A stretch of 36,628 nucleotides of DNA, taken from positions 1 through 36,628 of the IMG/VR virus record IMGVR_UViG_3300030376_000807, one strand, 5' to 3'. Position 1 is the first letter of the stretch. Each line of letters starts with the position of its first letter. Below the pieces are notes generated by a model. It worked only from the letters and a program-made list of their open reading frames with translations, did not search any database and was not told the origin of the DNA. This DNA comes from a virus. Lineage: Duplodnaviria; Caudoviricetes. The translations under genes were made by a program, and so were the position numbers. Below are positions 18,606-28,320 of this stretch, in pieces.

Positions 18606-19532
18606 TTAAGTTGTTTGAACAAGGAAGTCAACGTCAATCAGATTGTAATTAACGCCAAGGAATCCATTAGATAATTTTGCAACAGCTTGAGGTTTAACCT
18701 TTTGAACTTCTTCAGCAATGACACCTATGTAATTAGTTGGATTGTTTTTGTAATTAAACTTGTAAATATTATGACCTTCTTTTGAAGTGCCTAACTTAAA
18801 TATATTTTCTTTCAATGATATTGATGATGGTTTCCAAGTACTAAACCAAGGATTGCCTTTTGGTACATAATCCATACTCTTCAAACCACTAGCCCAAGAC
18901 ATACCTGCACTGGCTCCTTGGAATCCTGCAGTTAACAATGCAAGTCCTGTATTCTTTGCTATTTTTGGTTGATCTATTTTCTTAACAGGATCTATATATG
19001 TTTGCTTGATATAAGGATTCAATACTGCCAGCCTACTTGCTCTTCTAATGTTTGCACTTTCTTTATCAGTTGATCCTTGATAACCAACGAACGCAAGATT
19101 CCTATTAGATTGCCAATCGTATTGAGCGAATTGACTATCAACATCAGATAATAAATTAACTATATTTAATCCTCCTTTACCTGTCGCTAATATTTCTCCT
19201 TTAGTTCTTGTTGCTTCAAGTTTCTTTTCTCTTTTCTTAAAGGCTGCTTCTTCTTGTGCCTGTGCAATTTGAATATTAATACTACTAATTTCTTTTTCTG
19301 CTGCTCTATTCGCTAAGAACTCACTTGTTTCATTTGCTAATTGTGTCGAATCATATTGTTGTTGTTGATTGAATCTCTGTGCTTCTACTTGTAATTTATC
19401 TCTCTCAAATTGTGCTCGTTGATTTTGATTAGCTACTTCAATAGCTTCATTCTGAGCAGCAATCATCTGTTGGTTTTGGATAAATCCAAGACCACCAGCG
19501 ATAATACCAATGACAATAGGAGGAACGCACAT
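18606..19532 (-). CDS. gp14: Internal virion protein gp14-like with C-terminal S74-like domain
   Basis: MC start plus Gly-rich hydrophobic N-terminus, Gln-rich coiled coil, position; C-terminal SSISLKENI...YKFNYK...GVIAEEV...GVNYNLI. Confidence 0.75.
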   Translation of the reverse strand: MCVPPIVIGIIAGGLGFIQNQQMIAAQNEAIEVANQNQRAQFERDKLQVEAQRFNQQQQYDSTQLANETSEFLANRAAEKEISSINIQIAQAQEEAAFKKREKKLEATRTKGEILATGKGGLNIVNLLSDVDSQFAQYDWQSNRNLAFVGYQGSTDKESANIRRASRLAVLNPYIKQTYIDPVKKIDQPKIAKNTGLALLTAGFQGASAGMSWASGLKSMDYVPKGNPWFSTWKPSSISLKENIFKLGTSKEGHNIYKFNYKNNPTNYIGVIAEEVQKVKPQAVAKLSNGFLGVNYNLIDVDFLVQTT

Positions 19533-19534
19533 AG

Positions 19535-19996
19535 TTAAATTTTCACAAACTCATAAAACATTCGACTCTCTGGCCCCCAGTGTAGATGTTTTTTGATAAA
19601 GGTAAAACCTAACCATCCAATCCATTTTACATGAACTTCATTCCGAGCATCAACTAGGTTGAATAGTAAAGGATATAGCTTCTGCATTTCAGCTAATGTT
19701 TTTTTTGAGCTTCTTAAGAACCATCTTTTATCTATAGGATCATCAAACATTGATTGACATCCTAGTAACCAAATACGACCTCCGTCTTTACCTTCTGGAA
19801 CGACACCTCCCATTGACATGAGATGACCATGACGACTAACAGTTGTTAGACAGGGCTTAGACATGAAATAACAATACAGCAGACAACCTTCAGGGCAATC
19901 ACCATTCATTGCTTTCAATTCATTAACATCTTCTTCTCTCATGTTTTTTGCTACTACAGCAATATCTGAAAGAACAGAAGGTCTAAGGATTGCCAC
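19535..19996 (-). CDS. gp13: gp13-like protein (GNAT/acetyltransferase-like fold)
   Basis: NMREEDVNEL, GRIWLLG, NLVDARNEVHVKWIGWLGF motifs; GTG at 19996 preceded by AGGAG is preferred to the track start. Confidence 0.8.
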   Translation of the reverse strand: MAILRPSVLSDIAVVAKNMREEDVNELKAMNGDCPEGCLLYCYFMSKPCLTTVSRHGHLMSMGGVVPEGKDGGRIWLLGCQSMFDDPIDKRWFLRSSKKTLAEMQKLYPLLFNLVDARNEVHVKWIGWLGFTFIKKHLHWGPESRMFYEFVKI

Positions 19997-19998
19997 TG

Positions 19999-22755
19999 TT
20001 AAATTCTCCTTGCTCTCTCTTGTAGCCAGCCTTCCCACTCAGCTGATTGAAAGATACAAGGTAGTGGACTATTACTAAACAACTCAATCTTTAGATCAAT
20101 ATTCCTAGTCATAACAGGGACTCTGAAACTTTCTTTTGGTATTCCAACTTTACCTAATACACTTTGTCCAACTTGGAAACCATTGAAAGGATAAGTAGAA
20201 GTAGCTCTTCCGTATGGAGTAACTTTTAATTCAAAAGCAGAAGTCTTATCAAAGACAACAGACCATTTCCTTATTCCTAAATATGGAGAAGGTGAAACAG
20301 AAATAGTTCCTGATTCATCTTGAGCTTTTAAATAAGGAGTGCTGAACTCATAAGTCATATCGTATGGCTCACCTATAAAGAAAGGTGTTGTACTTACATC
20401 TCCATCAACAGTAATAGTTCCATTATTAGAAGCATCTCCTACTGTTTCAGCTGTAGGTGTCAGAACAGATCCATGCTTTAGTTTGATTAAGCCTCTGAAT
20501 TTATAAGTATTAGTAGCAGCTTGCTTTGTAAAAGAGATACCTTCATTAGCTTGGATCGTCTTGCTATGTAAGTAGGAAGGGAAGTCAGTAATAGTAACTG
20601 TTGCATTACCTGTCGTCTTACCTGTAGTTGATCCTCCTGAACTGCTGATAACTAATCCTTCTGCATTAACAATAGTGATGACTGCATTAGTAGAAGGTTG
20701 TGATGTAGGGAAACTATTGATGTCTGCATAGTTTGTTCCACCTACTGTTAAAGGTCTGCCTACTAATTTTGTTACACCTGTATTAGCTAATGGATAGGGC
20801 AAGGTAATTGTAGTTTGAGCATTTAATCCACCTGAGTTAGTAACACTAAAAGTACAATTAGCTTCTGTTGTTTTTCTATCTACTAAGACTTCGACATCTG
20901 TTCCAGTATCAACAGTCTCTGGTCTTAATGATGCTTTCTCTAGATAAACACCATCAGCATATTCAGTAATAATATAAAGATCACTGTCTAAGATCGTAGC
21001 TGAGAGAATGGATTTGCTTCCTTTTATTTCCCAGTAAGACCATGCAGATTGAAGCTTAACATCATCTTGAAATAGAAACTTATAAATATATAAACGTGTT
21101 GGTTCATCCTTACTAATGAGTACTATTGTTTCTTCTGAAACTGATGCTGCTATTGCTACTAGATTCTTAGGAATATATCTAGGTACTGAAGCTGTTACTT
21201 CTGTTGAAAGAGGAGTTGAACCTGTTACGTCTGCAATGTAGAACTCACGCAATCCACTGAAATCTCCTTTGTTAACAGCAAAGAAAATAGTACGACCTAC
21301 ACCAATAGGATCAACTGATTCATTTGAATCGTACTTTGTCATCGCTGTTATAGTTGCTGTTGCTGGTGTCAGTGGTGCTCCTATTCCTGATGCACCTGTA
21401 TCTAATCTGAACTGACCACTCTTACTAAATAGAAGAAGCGTATTTGAAAACGCCATACTTGAAGTTAGGAAGTTAATATCAGTACCACCTGTACTTATAA
21501 AAATAGGATCACTATCTACAACTGTTTGAACAGTCTCAGGCCAGAATCTTGTGTAGTCGTCAGCTGCTGATAAGCAAGCATATTCATCCGACAGCATTAC
21601 TAATCTATTTCTAAATACGTTTAGATTTTTTATAGTTTCTCCAACGAAGGGAGGATTAGCAGCACTATCCGCATCACCTGCAATTCTATTCCCCCATGTT
21701 TGTCTCTTAAATGTAAAAGTTCCATTGGCATTTCTTATTAATACATGAGGCATCTTGGTTGCCTTTAATTTGTATTCAATGCCAGGAGCAACAGTCTCTC
21801 TCCATACACCTTTACCTGATGTAGTTCCATCTGTAGTTTCAAACTTTACATAGTAATCATCTAATGCTGTTGCAGTAGAGCCAATGATTTTTATAATTTG
21901 TCCATTGATTCCTTTGACTGGTAATTGTTGTATTGCTTCTACTTCTCCTTTAATTCCAACTATAAACATATCGGCTAATGTATCACTAACTTTTATAGTG
22001 AAATCTCCTCCATCATCTTTAACTATTTTAAGTAAGTAATCTTCTATTGTTGTTGCTGTATATTCTGGGCCAAGAACACTATCATTATTAATTAGATCTC
22101 TCAATCCATCGCAAACACTTTTGTTACTAGGAGCACTATTTGATGAACCTGATCCAATAATAGGTGTAGTAAATTCTTCTTTTGTTTCAGCGTGATCTGT
22201 AGCATTTAATGTAACTGTATAACTTACGTTGTAATCAGCTTGTCTAATGAAAACCAATCCAGTCGCTTGAGTATAAGCAGGAGAAGTAGTTGATTCCATT
22301 TCAACTACAGTTTCTCTATTAGTTATAAATGTATTATCTGCAATACTTGCCAGCCTAAATGTATTAGCAGGTTCAGAAGTATTAGCAATATCTAAATACG
22401 ACTGACAGCTAGTACCACCACTAGATACTTCATTTCCATTGCCATCATATTGTTGGTAAGTAACTGTCTGAGCGACACCTGCAAGACTAAATACTTTTAT
22501 ATCTCCATCAGTTATGTAAACCATATATTGAACATTTCCATCACGATCAACAATATGGGTAAAAGGTCTAGTACTTCCTGCACTACCAGTAAACAATCTA
22601 TTCTGATGATAGAAAGGAGGTCGTTTCTTTAATCCTTCAACAGAGCTAGAGATACAGTTAACAACTGATTCAGCTTGAGAGGCAAGTCTTAAAGCTGATG
22701 GCTGTTGACTAACACCATTGATTAAGTTTGGGATTGACTTACTGACAAGTGGCAT
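19999..22755 (-). CDS. gp12: Tail tubular protein B (nozzle)
   Basis: MPLVSKSIPNLINGVSQQP...GLKKRPP N-terminus; FRNRLVMLSDE; QSAWSYW. Confidence 0.95.
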   Translation of the reverse strand: MPLVSKSIPNLINGVSQQPSALRLASQAESVVNCISSSVEGLKKRPPFYHQNRLFTGSAGSTRPFTHIVDRDGNVQYMVYITDGDIKVFSLAGVAQTVTYQQYDGNGNEVSSGGTSCQSYLDIANTSEPANTFRLASIADNTFITNRETVVEMESTTSPAYTQATGLVFIRQADYNVSYTVTLNATDHAETKEEFTTPIIGSGSSNSAPSNKSVCDGLRDLINNDSVLGPEYTATTIEDYLLKIVKDDGGDFTIKVSDTLADMFIVGIKGEVEAIQQLPVKGINGQIIKIIGSTATALDDYYVKFETTDGTTSGKGVWRETVAPGIEYKLKATKMPHVLIRNANGTFTFKRQTWGNRIAGDADSAANPPFVGETIKNLNVFRNRLVMLSDEYACLSAADDYTRFWPETVQTVVDSDPIFISTGGTDINFLTSSMAFSNTLLLFSKSGQFRLDTGASGIGAPLTPATATITAMTKYDSNESVDPIGVGRTIFFAVNKGDFSGLREFYIADVTGSTPLSTEVTASVPRYIPKNLVAIAASVSEETIVLISKDEPTRLYIYKFLFQDDVKLQSAWSYWEIKGSKSILSATILDSDLYIITEYADGVYLEKASLRPETVDTGTDVEVLVDRKTTEANCTFSVTNSGGLNAQTTITLPYPLANTGVTKLVGRPLTVGGTNYADINSFPTSQPSTNAVITIVNAEGLVISSSGGSTTGKTTGNATVTITDFPSYLHSKTIQANEGISFTKQAATNTYKFRGLIKLKHGSVLTPTAETVGDASNNGTITVDGDVSTTPFFIGEPYDMTYEFSTPYLKAQDESGTISVSPSPYLGIRKWSVVFDKTSAFELKVTPYGRATSTYPFNGFQVGQSVLGKVGIPKESFRVPVMTRNIDLKIELFSNSPLPCIFQSAEWEGWLQERARRI

Positions 22756-22757
22756 AG

Positions 22758-23363
22758 TTACCTTCTAAGAGCACGACTAGGACGATAGGTAGAGAAGTGA
22801 CCAGTGTGATTTGTATTTCCTCGTAGCATACTGTGCTCATCTGTTGTTGTTTCTTCTTCTAAGAATTGACTTCGTGCTTCTAGTTCAGCAGTAATATTAA
22901 TCTTTGCATAGTCTTCACTACCTACAACTGCTTCTTGTAATTGTCTGCCAGCTCTAACCATGATGTATCTTCTTGCATATTCAGGTAGCTCCAACCAGTC
23001 AAGGATCGTTGTTACATCTACTTTTAAATCCTCAGTGAAAGTAAAGCTATGAGTTTTCCTATCGTATAACCTACCGTTTCTAAGGATCACATCGTACTCA
23101 GGATATAAAGCAGGATCTACTATAACTTTGGTAGTTGTTACCCCTGTTTCAATTTCATTAGAACTATTTCTTGTAAGTGTCTTTTCATAATCAGTATTAA
23201 AACTCCATCCTTCTGATTGAACTTCTCGGCTTGCACTGTTCAAAGCATCTTGAGCTTGCTTCGCAATACCTACTTGTCCAACCGTACTACTGACAGGAGC
23301 TTCACCTGACATTTGTAGAACTTTATTGATAGCTTCTAGTTCTGTAGTGAGAGTTAAGACCAT
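22758..23363 (-). CDS. gp11: Tail tubular protein A (adaptor)
   Basis: ELEAINKVLQMSGEAPV, VQSEGWSFNT, LPEYARRYI motifs; follows capsid. Confidence 0.95.
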   Translation of the reverse strand: MVLTLTTELEAINKVLQMSGEAPVSSTVGQVGIAKQAQDALNSASREVQSEGWSFNTDYEKTLTRNSSNEIETGVTTTKVIVDPALYPEYDVILRNGRLYDRKTHSFTFTEDLKVDVTTILDWLELPEYARRYIMVRAGRQLQEAVVGSEDYAKINITAELEARSQFLEEETTTDEHSMLRGNTNHTGHFSTYRPSRALRR

Positions 23364-23370
23364 GACGAAT

Positions 23371-23405
23371 AAAGAAAAAGGGGGAGACCTTCGACTTCCT
23401 CCCCC
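23371..23405 (-). terminator. Intrinsic terminator after capsid gene (T-phi equivalent)
   Basis: mRNA GGGGGAG-loop-CUCCCCC followed by UUUUUCUUU. Confidence 0.85.
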
Positions 23406-23414
23406 AGTATAAAG

Positions 23415-24380
23415 TTAGCTAGTTGCCCAGTAGATCTCAACTGCACAGTCAGGACGTAATACGCCAGTACCGTGAGCCATAGAACCAACCATGAATGTTC
23501 CTTGCCATAAAGCATGAACATCAGATCCTGTTTGTTCCATCTTAAGATCCATCAACTTCACAGTACCAACAGCTTGCTTGTTAAATACAAGGCCAACACT
23601 GTCAGTGTAGTTAGCGTGGTAAGTGTTGTTCTCACCAGTAACTGCTGATCTGTTTGTAGTAGGAAGATGATTAGACTTGATGATGCTGATGCCAGCTACC
23701 TTCAAGACAGATCCATCAGCGTATGCTCCAGATCCACCCCAGTCTCTGTTGAGTACATCAGTTGTTTGAGCCAACTTGTAATATTCTGTTGGGCCAAGTA
23801 CAACGTAACGATTATCTTCAGGGACATTGTTGATGTCCATCTTCTCGGCTGCTGTCCATAGAGCTGATACAAGGTTTGCACCTGTTACAGCTGCTTTGTT
23901 TGCAGCAACAATCTTAATCCGAGTACCACCAGGAAGATCAGTGTTGAAGTTAGTACCAGTTCTTGCAGCTTGTGCAATAGTTGCAGCTACGTTCTTATCA
24001 AAAGTATAAGCAAGAGCGTTGCCCATCTCAGTTGAGTACTGAGATCTAACATCGTAATGATTCTTGGCCTCGTCAATGTCCGCAATGAAAACATTACTTA
24101 CAAGCTTGTCATCAATATTGATGGTAGCTTCAGCATGCTTGATTGCGTTGCCTGTCAGCTGGGTGCCTGGCGTATGGTAGGCAGTTGAAGAAAGTCCAAT
24201 TATTGGAAATTGGGCTGATTTTCCTGAAGAGATTGTCCGCACATTGTGCAGAGATTCAAATACAGTTGCCTTACGGAAAGCAGATAGAACTTCTCCACTA
24301 AAAACTTTTAGAAAGAGAGCGTCATAACCACTACCAGTTGCGTTTACTAGGCCCAGCCTAGAAACGGTCATGTTAGTCAT
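23415..24380 (-). CDS. gp10: Major capsid protein
   Basis: ALFLKVFSGEVLSAF, RTISSGKSAQFP, HYDVRSQYSTEMGNALA, GTGVLRPDCA. Confidence 0.97.
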   Translation of the reverse strand: MTNMTVSRLGLVNATGSGYDALFLKVFSGEVLSAFRKATVFESLHNVRTISSGKSAQFPIIGLSSTAYHTPGTQLTGNAIKHAEATINIDDKLVSNVFIADIDEAKNHYDVRSQYSTEMGNALAYTFDKNVAATIAQAARTGTNFNTDLPGGTRIKIVAANKAAVTGANLVSALWTAAEKMDINNVPEDNRYVVLGPTEYYKLAQTTDVLNRDWGGSGAYADGSVLKVAGISIIKSNHLPTTNRSAVTGENNTYHANYTDSVGLVFNKQAVGTVKLMDLKMEQTGSDVHALWQGTFMVGSMAHGTGVLRPDCAVEIYWATS

Positions 24381-24494
24381 AAAGAATACCTAGAAAGAAA
24401 GAAGGTTCCTGACCTCGATTTCCTTTCACTAAGGGTATCCCTCGCAAGGGGCCAGAGTTACAGTCAATAGGTCTAGGTAATTAAATGATAACTC
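24381..24494 (-). promoter_or_regulatory. Structured leader upstream of capsid gene
   Basis: 8-bp inverted repeat 24387-24394/24472-24479 enclosing hairpins at 24439-24450 and 24422-24434. Confidence 0.5.
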
Positions 24495-25295
24495 CTAAAC
24501 GACATTTGATCTAGAAAGCTTCTCCTCAACCTGTTTTCTAAATGCAGGATCAGAAGCATAAAGAGGATCTTGCATAGCTGCTACAACCTGAGCCATTGAA
24601 TCGAACTTAGACTTGCTTCCTCTCTTACTTCCTCTGCCACTGACTAGCTTTGGCTCTTTATTTCCTTCAGCCATATAGCGAGCATGTAATCCAGCTACTG
24701 CAAGTTTTACCATGTCATAGTTTGGATTCTTAATAGCCATATCAAATGCATCTTTCTCACTATCTGTTAAGACTCCAGCTGCCCAGGTAATCATTTCACC
24801 ATAGGCATCTTGCCCTCCATACATATCTTGAATCTCTTTAACCTGTCCTTGTTGGAGTTCAGTATCTCTTTGTGCATTGACCTGAATACCTTGGAGATAG
24901 GCATCGACCATATCTCTATTGAATCCTGCCTCTCCTAATTCCTTGTAGTCGTCATCACTTAGCTGGCCTGATTCTTGAAAGCGAGAGTTCATCCCCTCGT
25001 AATCAATACCAGCCTCATCAAATTTGCTACCGATATATTCACCATAAATTTCTGTAGCACTAGCAGGTTCAGAAGTTTCTTTATCTTCTAGTTCTGGTTC
25101 AGGTTCACTGATTCCAGATTCTTCAGCAGGTTCTTTCTTTCCTAGTTGTTGTTGGAGTTCGAGATAACCTTTCTCTAACTCCTCTTGAGATTTGTATTTA
25201 CCAGCAAGCAATCCAGATCCTTCTGTAGTTTCGGTTGATTGCTCTGGTGCAACAGCTGTTGTTGGTTCTTCTTTAATAGTGAGTGCTTCTGGCAT
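24495..25295 (-). CDS. gp9: Capsid scaffolding protein
   Basis: Acidic; LAGKYKSQEELEKGYLELQ; AMQDPLYASDPAFRKQVEEKL; between portal and capsid. Confidence 0.93.
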   Translation of the reverse strand: MPEALTIKEEPTTAVAPEQSTETTEGSGLLAGKYKSQEELEKGYLELQQQLGKKEPAEESGISEPEPELEDKETSEPASATEIYGEYIGSKFDEAGIDYEGMNSRFQESGQLSDDDYKELGEAGFNRDMVDAYLQGIQVNAQRDTELQQGQVKEIQDMYGGQDAYGEMITWAAGVLTDSEKDAFDMAIKNPNYDMVKLAVAGLHARYMAEGNKEPKLVSGRGSKRGSKSKFDSMAQVVAAMQDPLYASDPAFRKQVEEKLSRSNVV

Positions 25296-25303
25296 GGTGG
25301 GTA

Positions 25304-25477
25304 CTAGCGAATTGTGTAATGTGAATCACTGTCTTGAGTGACACCAGGAGTTGTAGCTTTAGCTTTAGTTTTCTTAGGCTTGCTCTCCTCCTGTGGGGCC
25401 ACTTGGGACTCCTGGGTCTTGGACTGGGTTGGGGAGGGAGTTAGGGATTGTTCCTCCTTCTGCGAATTGGGGGCCAT
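25304..25477 (-). CDS. Small hydrophilic protein overlapping portal 3' end (57 aa, absent from track)
   Basis: MAPNSQKEEQSLTPSPTQSKTQESQVAPQEESKPKKTKAKATTPGVTQDSDSHYTIR*; AGGAG before ATG 25477 and before in-frame GTG 25402; stop 8 nt before scaffold ATG. Confidence 0.5.
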   Translation of the reverse strand: MAPNSQKEEQSLTPSPTQSKTQESQVAPQEESKPKKTKAKATTPGVTQDSDSHYTIR

Positions 25478-27104
25478 AAGGTGCTCCTTCTTTTGTGTAA
25501 TTGTCAGCTACTTTTGCAGCAGCTCCTGACTGCATTAAAGCAGCCATTTGTTCTTGTTGCTGCATTTGCTCTTGCTCTTGTTGAGCTTGAGCTTGCTCTT
25601 GTTGTAATTGCTCTTGAGTCTTAACTAAGTTTGTTGTATCTATAGATCCACTTGCAGCTAAACGCCTAAGAGCTTCATCCATATTTAGATACTTAGCCAT
25701 GACATCAGGGCCAAGAGCTTGTTGAGCAATAGTGATGAACTCAACTAACTTGTTGCGATCATCACCTCTACCAATAGCTTCTAAACCAGTAACAGGTTTG
25801 GGATTAACTAGAGGCTCTCCAGTCTTTTCGTTATTAGGGAACTCAGGTAACTTTTTCTTTCTTTGTAAGATATAGATAAGTCTATGTACCAGTGGTAGCT
25901 GTAGTTCTTGAGTCAGTATTGAATACAATCCACCGATAGATGCTTCTAATTCCTGTGCCATAAATCTTATTTCCTCTGCTGTTACTCTTTCTCCTGGTCT
26001 TTGAATTGCAGTATTAAGTAAGAAAGCAAATTGCAATCTACCTTCTATACGATCAATAGTCTGTTGAGCTATGCCTAGATCTTGTGCCTTCTGACTTTGA
26101 ATAACACTGACATCAGCAGCATTACCTTGAACGATTGCTCCATTAGCTGCATTAGCAATTGTTCTAGGTCTAGTAGTTCCATTGGGATTAACTAGAAATA
26201 GAATCTTTGCAGCGGCTGCACTACCTTCAAGTACGCTTTGATATAAAGATTCAAGTGATAGAAGATCTCCATAGTATTGCTCGACATAACTTCTCCCATA
26301 CTCTTCATCTTCAATTCGATTAAACCTCAATGGAATCCAAGGACTACAATTCTCTGGACACATACCATAGGTATTAGGAATCTCTTCCCCCTTTGCCTCT
26401 TGATACCAAGTACATACATCCTTATCAAACTTGACACAGGTATAAACCTTAACTGTTTTCTTTACTGGGCCTGTCGTTTTATCATCTTCTAATCTGTCAG
26501 GTAAGAATCCATCAGGTAAAGCATCAGGATAAACTTCTTCTTCTACAATAATTTCTTTAACGCAACCCATTGGATCACGTTGAACACAGTAGTTCTGAAG
26601 ATGAATAACTCTTATCCCTTCTGGGTTTATATATAGAAGTACATTTCCAGAAACAAGTAGCTGTTTAAAAGCTTCGTGCATTGAAGCTCTAGCTGACATG
26701 GTTTCGAGCATACTCATTACAGCTTGCTCGACCTTAACTAATGCAGTATCTAATTCTGTTTTAATTTCTGGGCCAGCTTCTTCTACTTGTAAAGCAAGGC
26801 TATCTATTTCTAATTTAAAGAAAGGAGTATTAGGAGGGAAAAGACTAAGACCTAGTTTGTTTGATAGGTGAAGTAAACCTCTAGCTCCTACTGATTGATA
26901 AGGAGTCTTCAGTCTTCCTTGATCTCCATGTCCATCATCAGGAAATAGAGAATGAATCGTTACCTTTGCACAATCTCTAGCTCTATCTTCAAAAGGATTG
27001 CGATTAGTTTTTAGTTGTTCATATCGAGAAGCAACAGTTCCCTCCCTTTTCTTAGGGGCTTTCCCTGGTTGCTGGTCAACATTAGTTGTGATGTTGAGTT
27101 CCAT
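25374..27104 (-). CDS. gp8: Portal (head-tail connector)
   Basis: PYQSVGARGL, YGRSYVEQYYGDL, ERVTAEEIR, TGLEAIGRG motifs. Confidence 0.97.
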   Translation of the reverse strand: MELNITTNVDQQPGKAPKKREGTVASRYEQLKTNRNPFEDRARDCAKVTIHSLFPDDGHGDQGRLKTPYQSVGARGLLHLSNKLGLSLFPPNTPFFKLEIDSLALQVEEAGPEIKTELDTALVKVEQAVMSMLETMSARASMHEAFKQLLVSGNVLLYINPEGIRVIHLQNYCVQRDPMGCVKEIIVEEEVYPDALPDGFLPDRLEDDKTTGPVKKTVKVYTCVKFDKDVCTWYQEAKGEEIPNTYGMCPENCSPWIPLRFNRIEDEEYGRSYVEQYYGDLLSLESLYQSVLEGSAAAAKILFLVNPNGTTRPRTIANAANGAIVQGNAADVSVIQSQKAQDLGIAQQTIDRIEGRLQFAFLLNTAIQRPGERVTAEEIRFMAQELEASIGGLYSILTQELQLPLVHRLIYILQRKKKLPEFPNNEKTGEPLVNPKPVTGLEAIGRGDDRNKLVEFITIAQQALGPDVMAKYLNMDEALRRLAASGSIDTTNLVKTQEQLQQEQAQAQQEQEQMQQQEQMAALMQSGAAAKVADNYTKEGAPYGPQFAEGGTIPNSLPNPVQDPGVPSGPTGGEQA

Positions 27105-27107
27105 TGG

Positions 27108-27398
27108 TTAAACGATAGCTAGGCCACCACCTGTTACACCTGTCTTTAATTTATCCTTACCAAAACCAAGTTGTGATCTACCTTCTAAAGCAGACATTGC
27201 ATATTCAGTCGTTCTTGTTGGGCCTTTACCAGCTCTAGCTTCAGCGATTCTTTTCTGTTCATCAGCCTTATCTCTTTGCCATTGGAACTGTTCACCCCAT
27301 TGTCTTTTACTTTCTGCAAACTGTTCTCTAGATAACTCAAGAGATTCTCTTTGGAGAGCAATGCTTTCTGCATTGCTACTTCGTCTTCTTCCACACAT
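27108..27398 (-). CDS. Small pre-portal protein (positional analogue of T7 gp6.7/7.3)
   Basis: MCG start, coiled coil, GGLAI end, directly before portal. Confidence 0.7.
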   Translation of the reverse strand: MCGRRRSSNAESIALQRESLELSREQFAESKRQWGEQFQWQRDKADEQKRIAEARAGKGPTRTTEYAMSALEGRSQLGFGKDKLKTGVTGGGLAIV

Positions 27399-27400
27399 GC

Positions 27401-27586
27401 CTAATCTCCGACTTTGTTTTGCTCAATATAGACTGATTCTAACATTCTTACCAATTCGACTTGACCTAACACTCTCCATATCTCTCGATCAGGTGTATCA
27501 ATTGAGGGACATTTGTCTACATAAATCTCTTTTAGTTTTTTAATTAGAGCCTCATCTATTGGAGGCCATAGATCATCTTCATTCAT
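27401..27586 (-). CDS. Small hypothetical protein (gp6.5 position)
   Basis: MNEDDLWPPIDEALIKKLKEIYVDKCP...GQVELVRML; ATGA overlap with exonuclease stop. Confidence 0.75.
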   Translation of the reverse strand: MNEDDLWPPIDEALIKKLKEIYVDKCPSIDTPDREIWRVLGQVELVRMLESVYIEQNKVGD

Positions 27587-28320
27587 AGTGTTGGCTCCCA
27601 TAATTTTACTTCTCCTGTTACATGATTATATTCTCCATCTCTAAGTATTCTTGTTAGCCGAGCTGTCATCAGTGCATCAGCATAAGTTTTCTTTTTCTTT
27701 TCATAAGTAGTAATAACTTTATCCCACATATCTGATAGAGACTCAGCATCACCAAGGATTTTATTAGCTGTTACTGGGCCAACTCCAATCAGACCAGGAA
27801 TATTATCTCCTGAATCTCCAGTTAAACATTGAAGCATCCAGTTTCTATCAGCTCTCTTTCTAGTAATTAATTCAATCTCATCATTAGCAAGCAATCGACA
27901 AGGCACACCTTTCATATCTTTGTCGGGTGAAACAATAATCGGATCTTCATATCTATCACCAGTAGCGAGAAGGCTCATAACATCATCACCTTCTAAGCCA
28001 TCAAAGCTAATAGCTTGATAATTTTTTACTATTTTTTTTCTAACATCTTTCAATGCTAAAGGTTTACGTTTACCTATCCGATTAGTTTTGTACTCATCAA
28101 AGATCCCATGTCTAAAGGTTGGGTATTCAGTGAAGCACATGATGACTGGGCCTTTGTCATCAGCGATTGATTGGTAATGACTGACTCTTGCATCAAACAA
28201 TTCCATTACATCTTGCTCGCTACACCAAAGACTATGTATGTCTTCAGTCCATCTCACATCTTGCTCGCAAGCAGCACATGAAGAATAAGCAAGCCAGTCG
28301 GCATCAATTAATAAAGTCAT
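27583..28320 (-). CDS. gp6: 5'-3' exonuclease (T7 gp6 family)
   Basis: LLIDAD, YKTNR, LEGDDV, SPDKD, GDSGDNIPGLIGVGPVTA; ATG 28320 in TAATG overlap. Confidence 0.95.
   Translation of the reverse strand: MTLLIDADWLAYSSCAACEQDVRWTEDIHSLWCSEQDVMELFDARVSHYQSIADDKGPVIMCFTEYPTFRHGIFDEYKTNRIGKRKPLALKDVRKKIVKNYQAISFDGLEGDDVMSLLATGDRYEDPIIVSPDKDMKGVPCRLLANDEIELITRKRADRNWMLQCLTGDSGDNIPGLIGVGPVTANKILGDAESLSDMWDKVITTYEKKKKTYADALMTARLTRILRDGEYNHVTGEVKLWEPTL

Noticed and set aside
23406-23440. T7 10A/10B-style capsid frameshift
   Set aside because: No slippery site near the stop, and the terminator and gp11 follow immediately.
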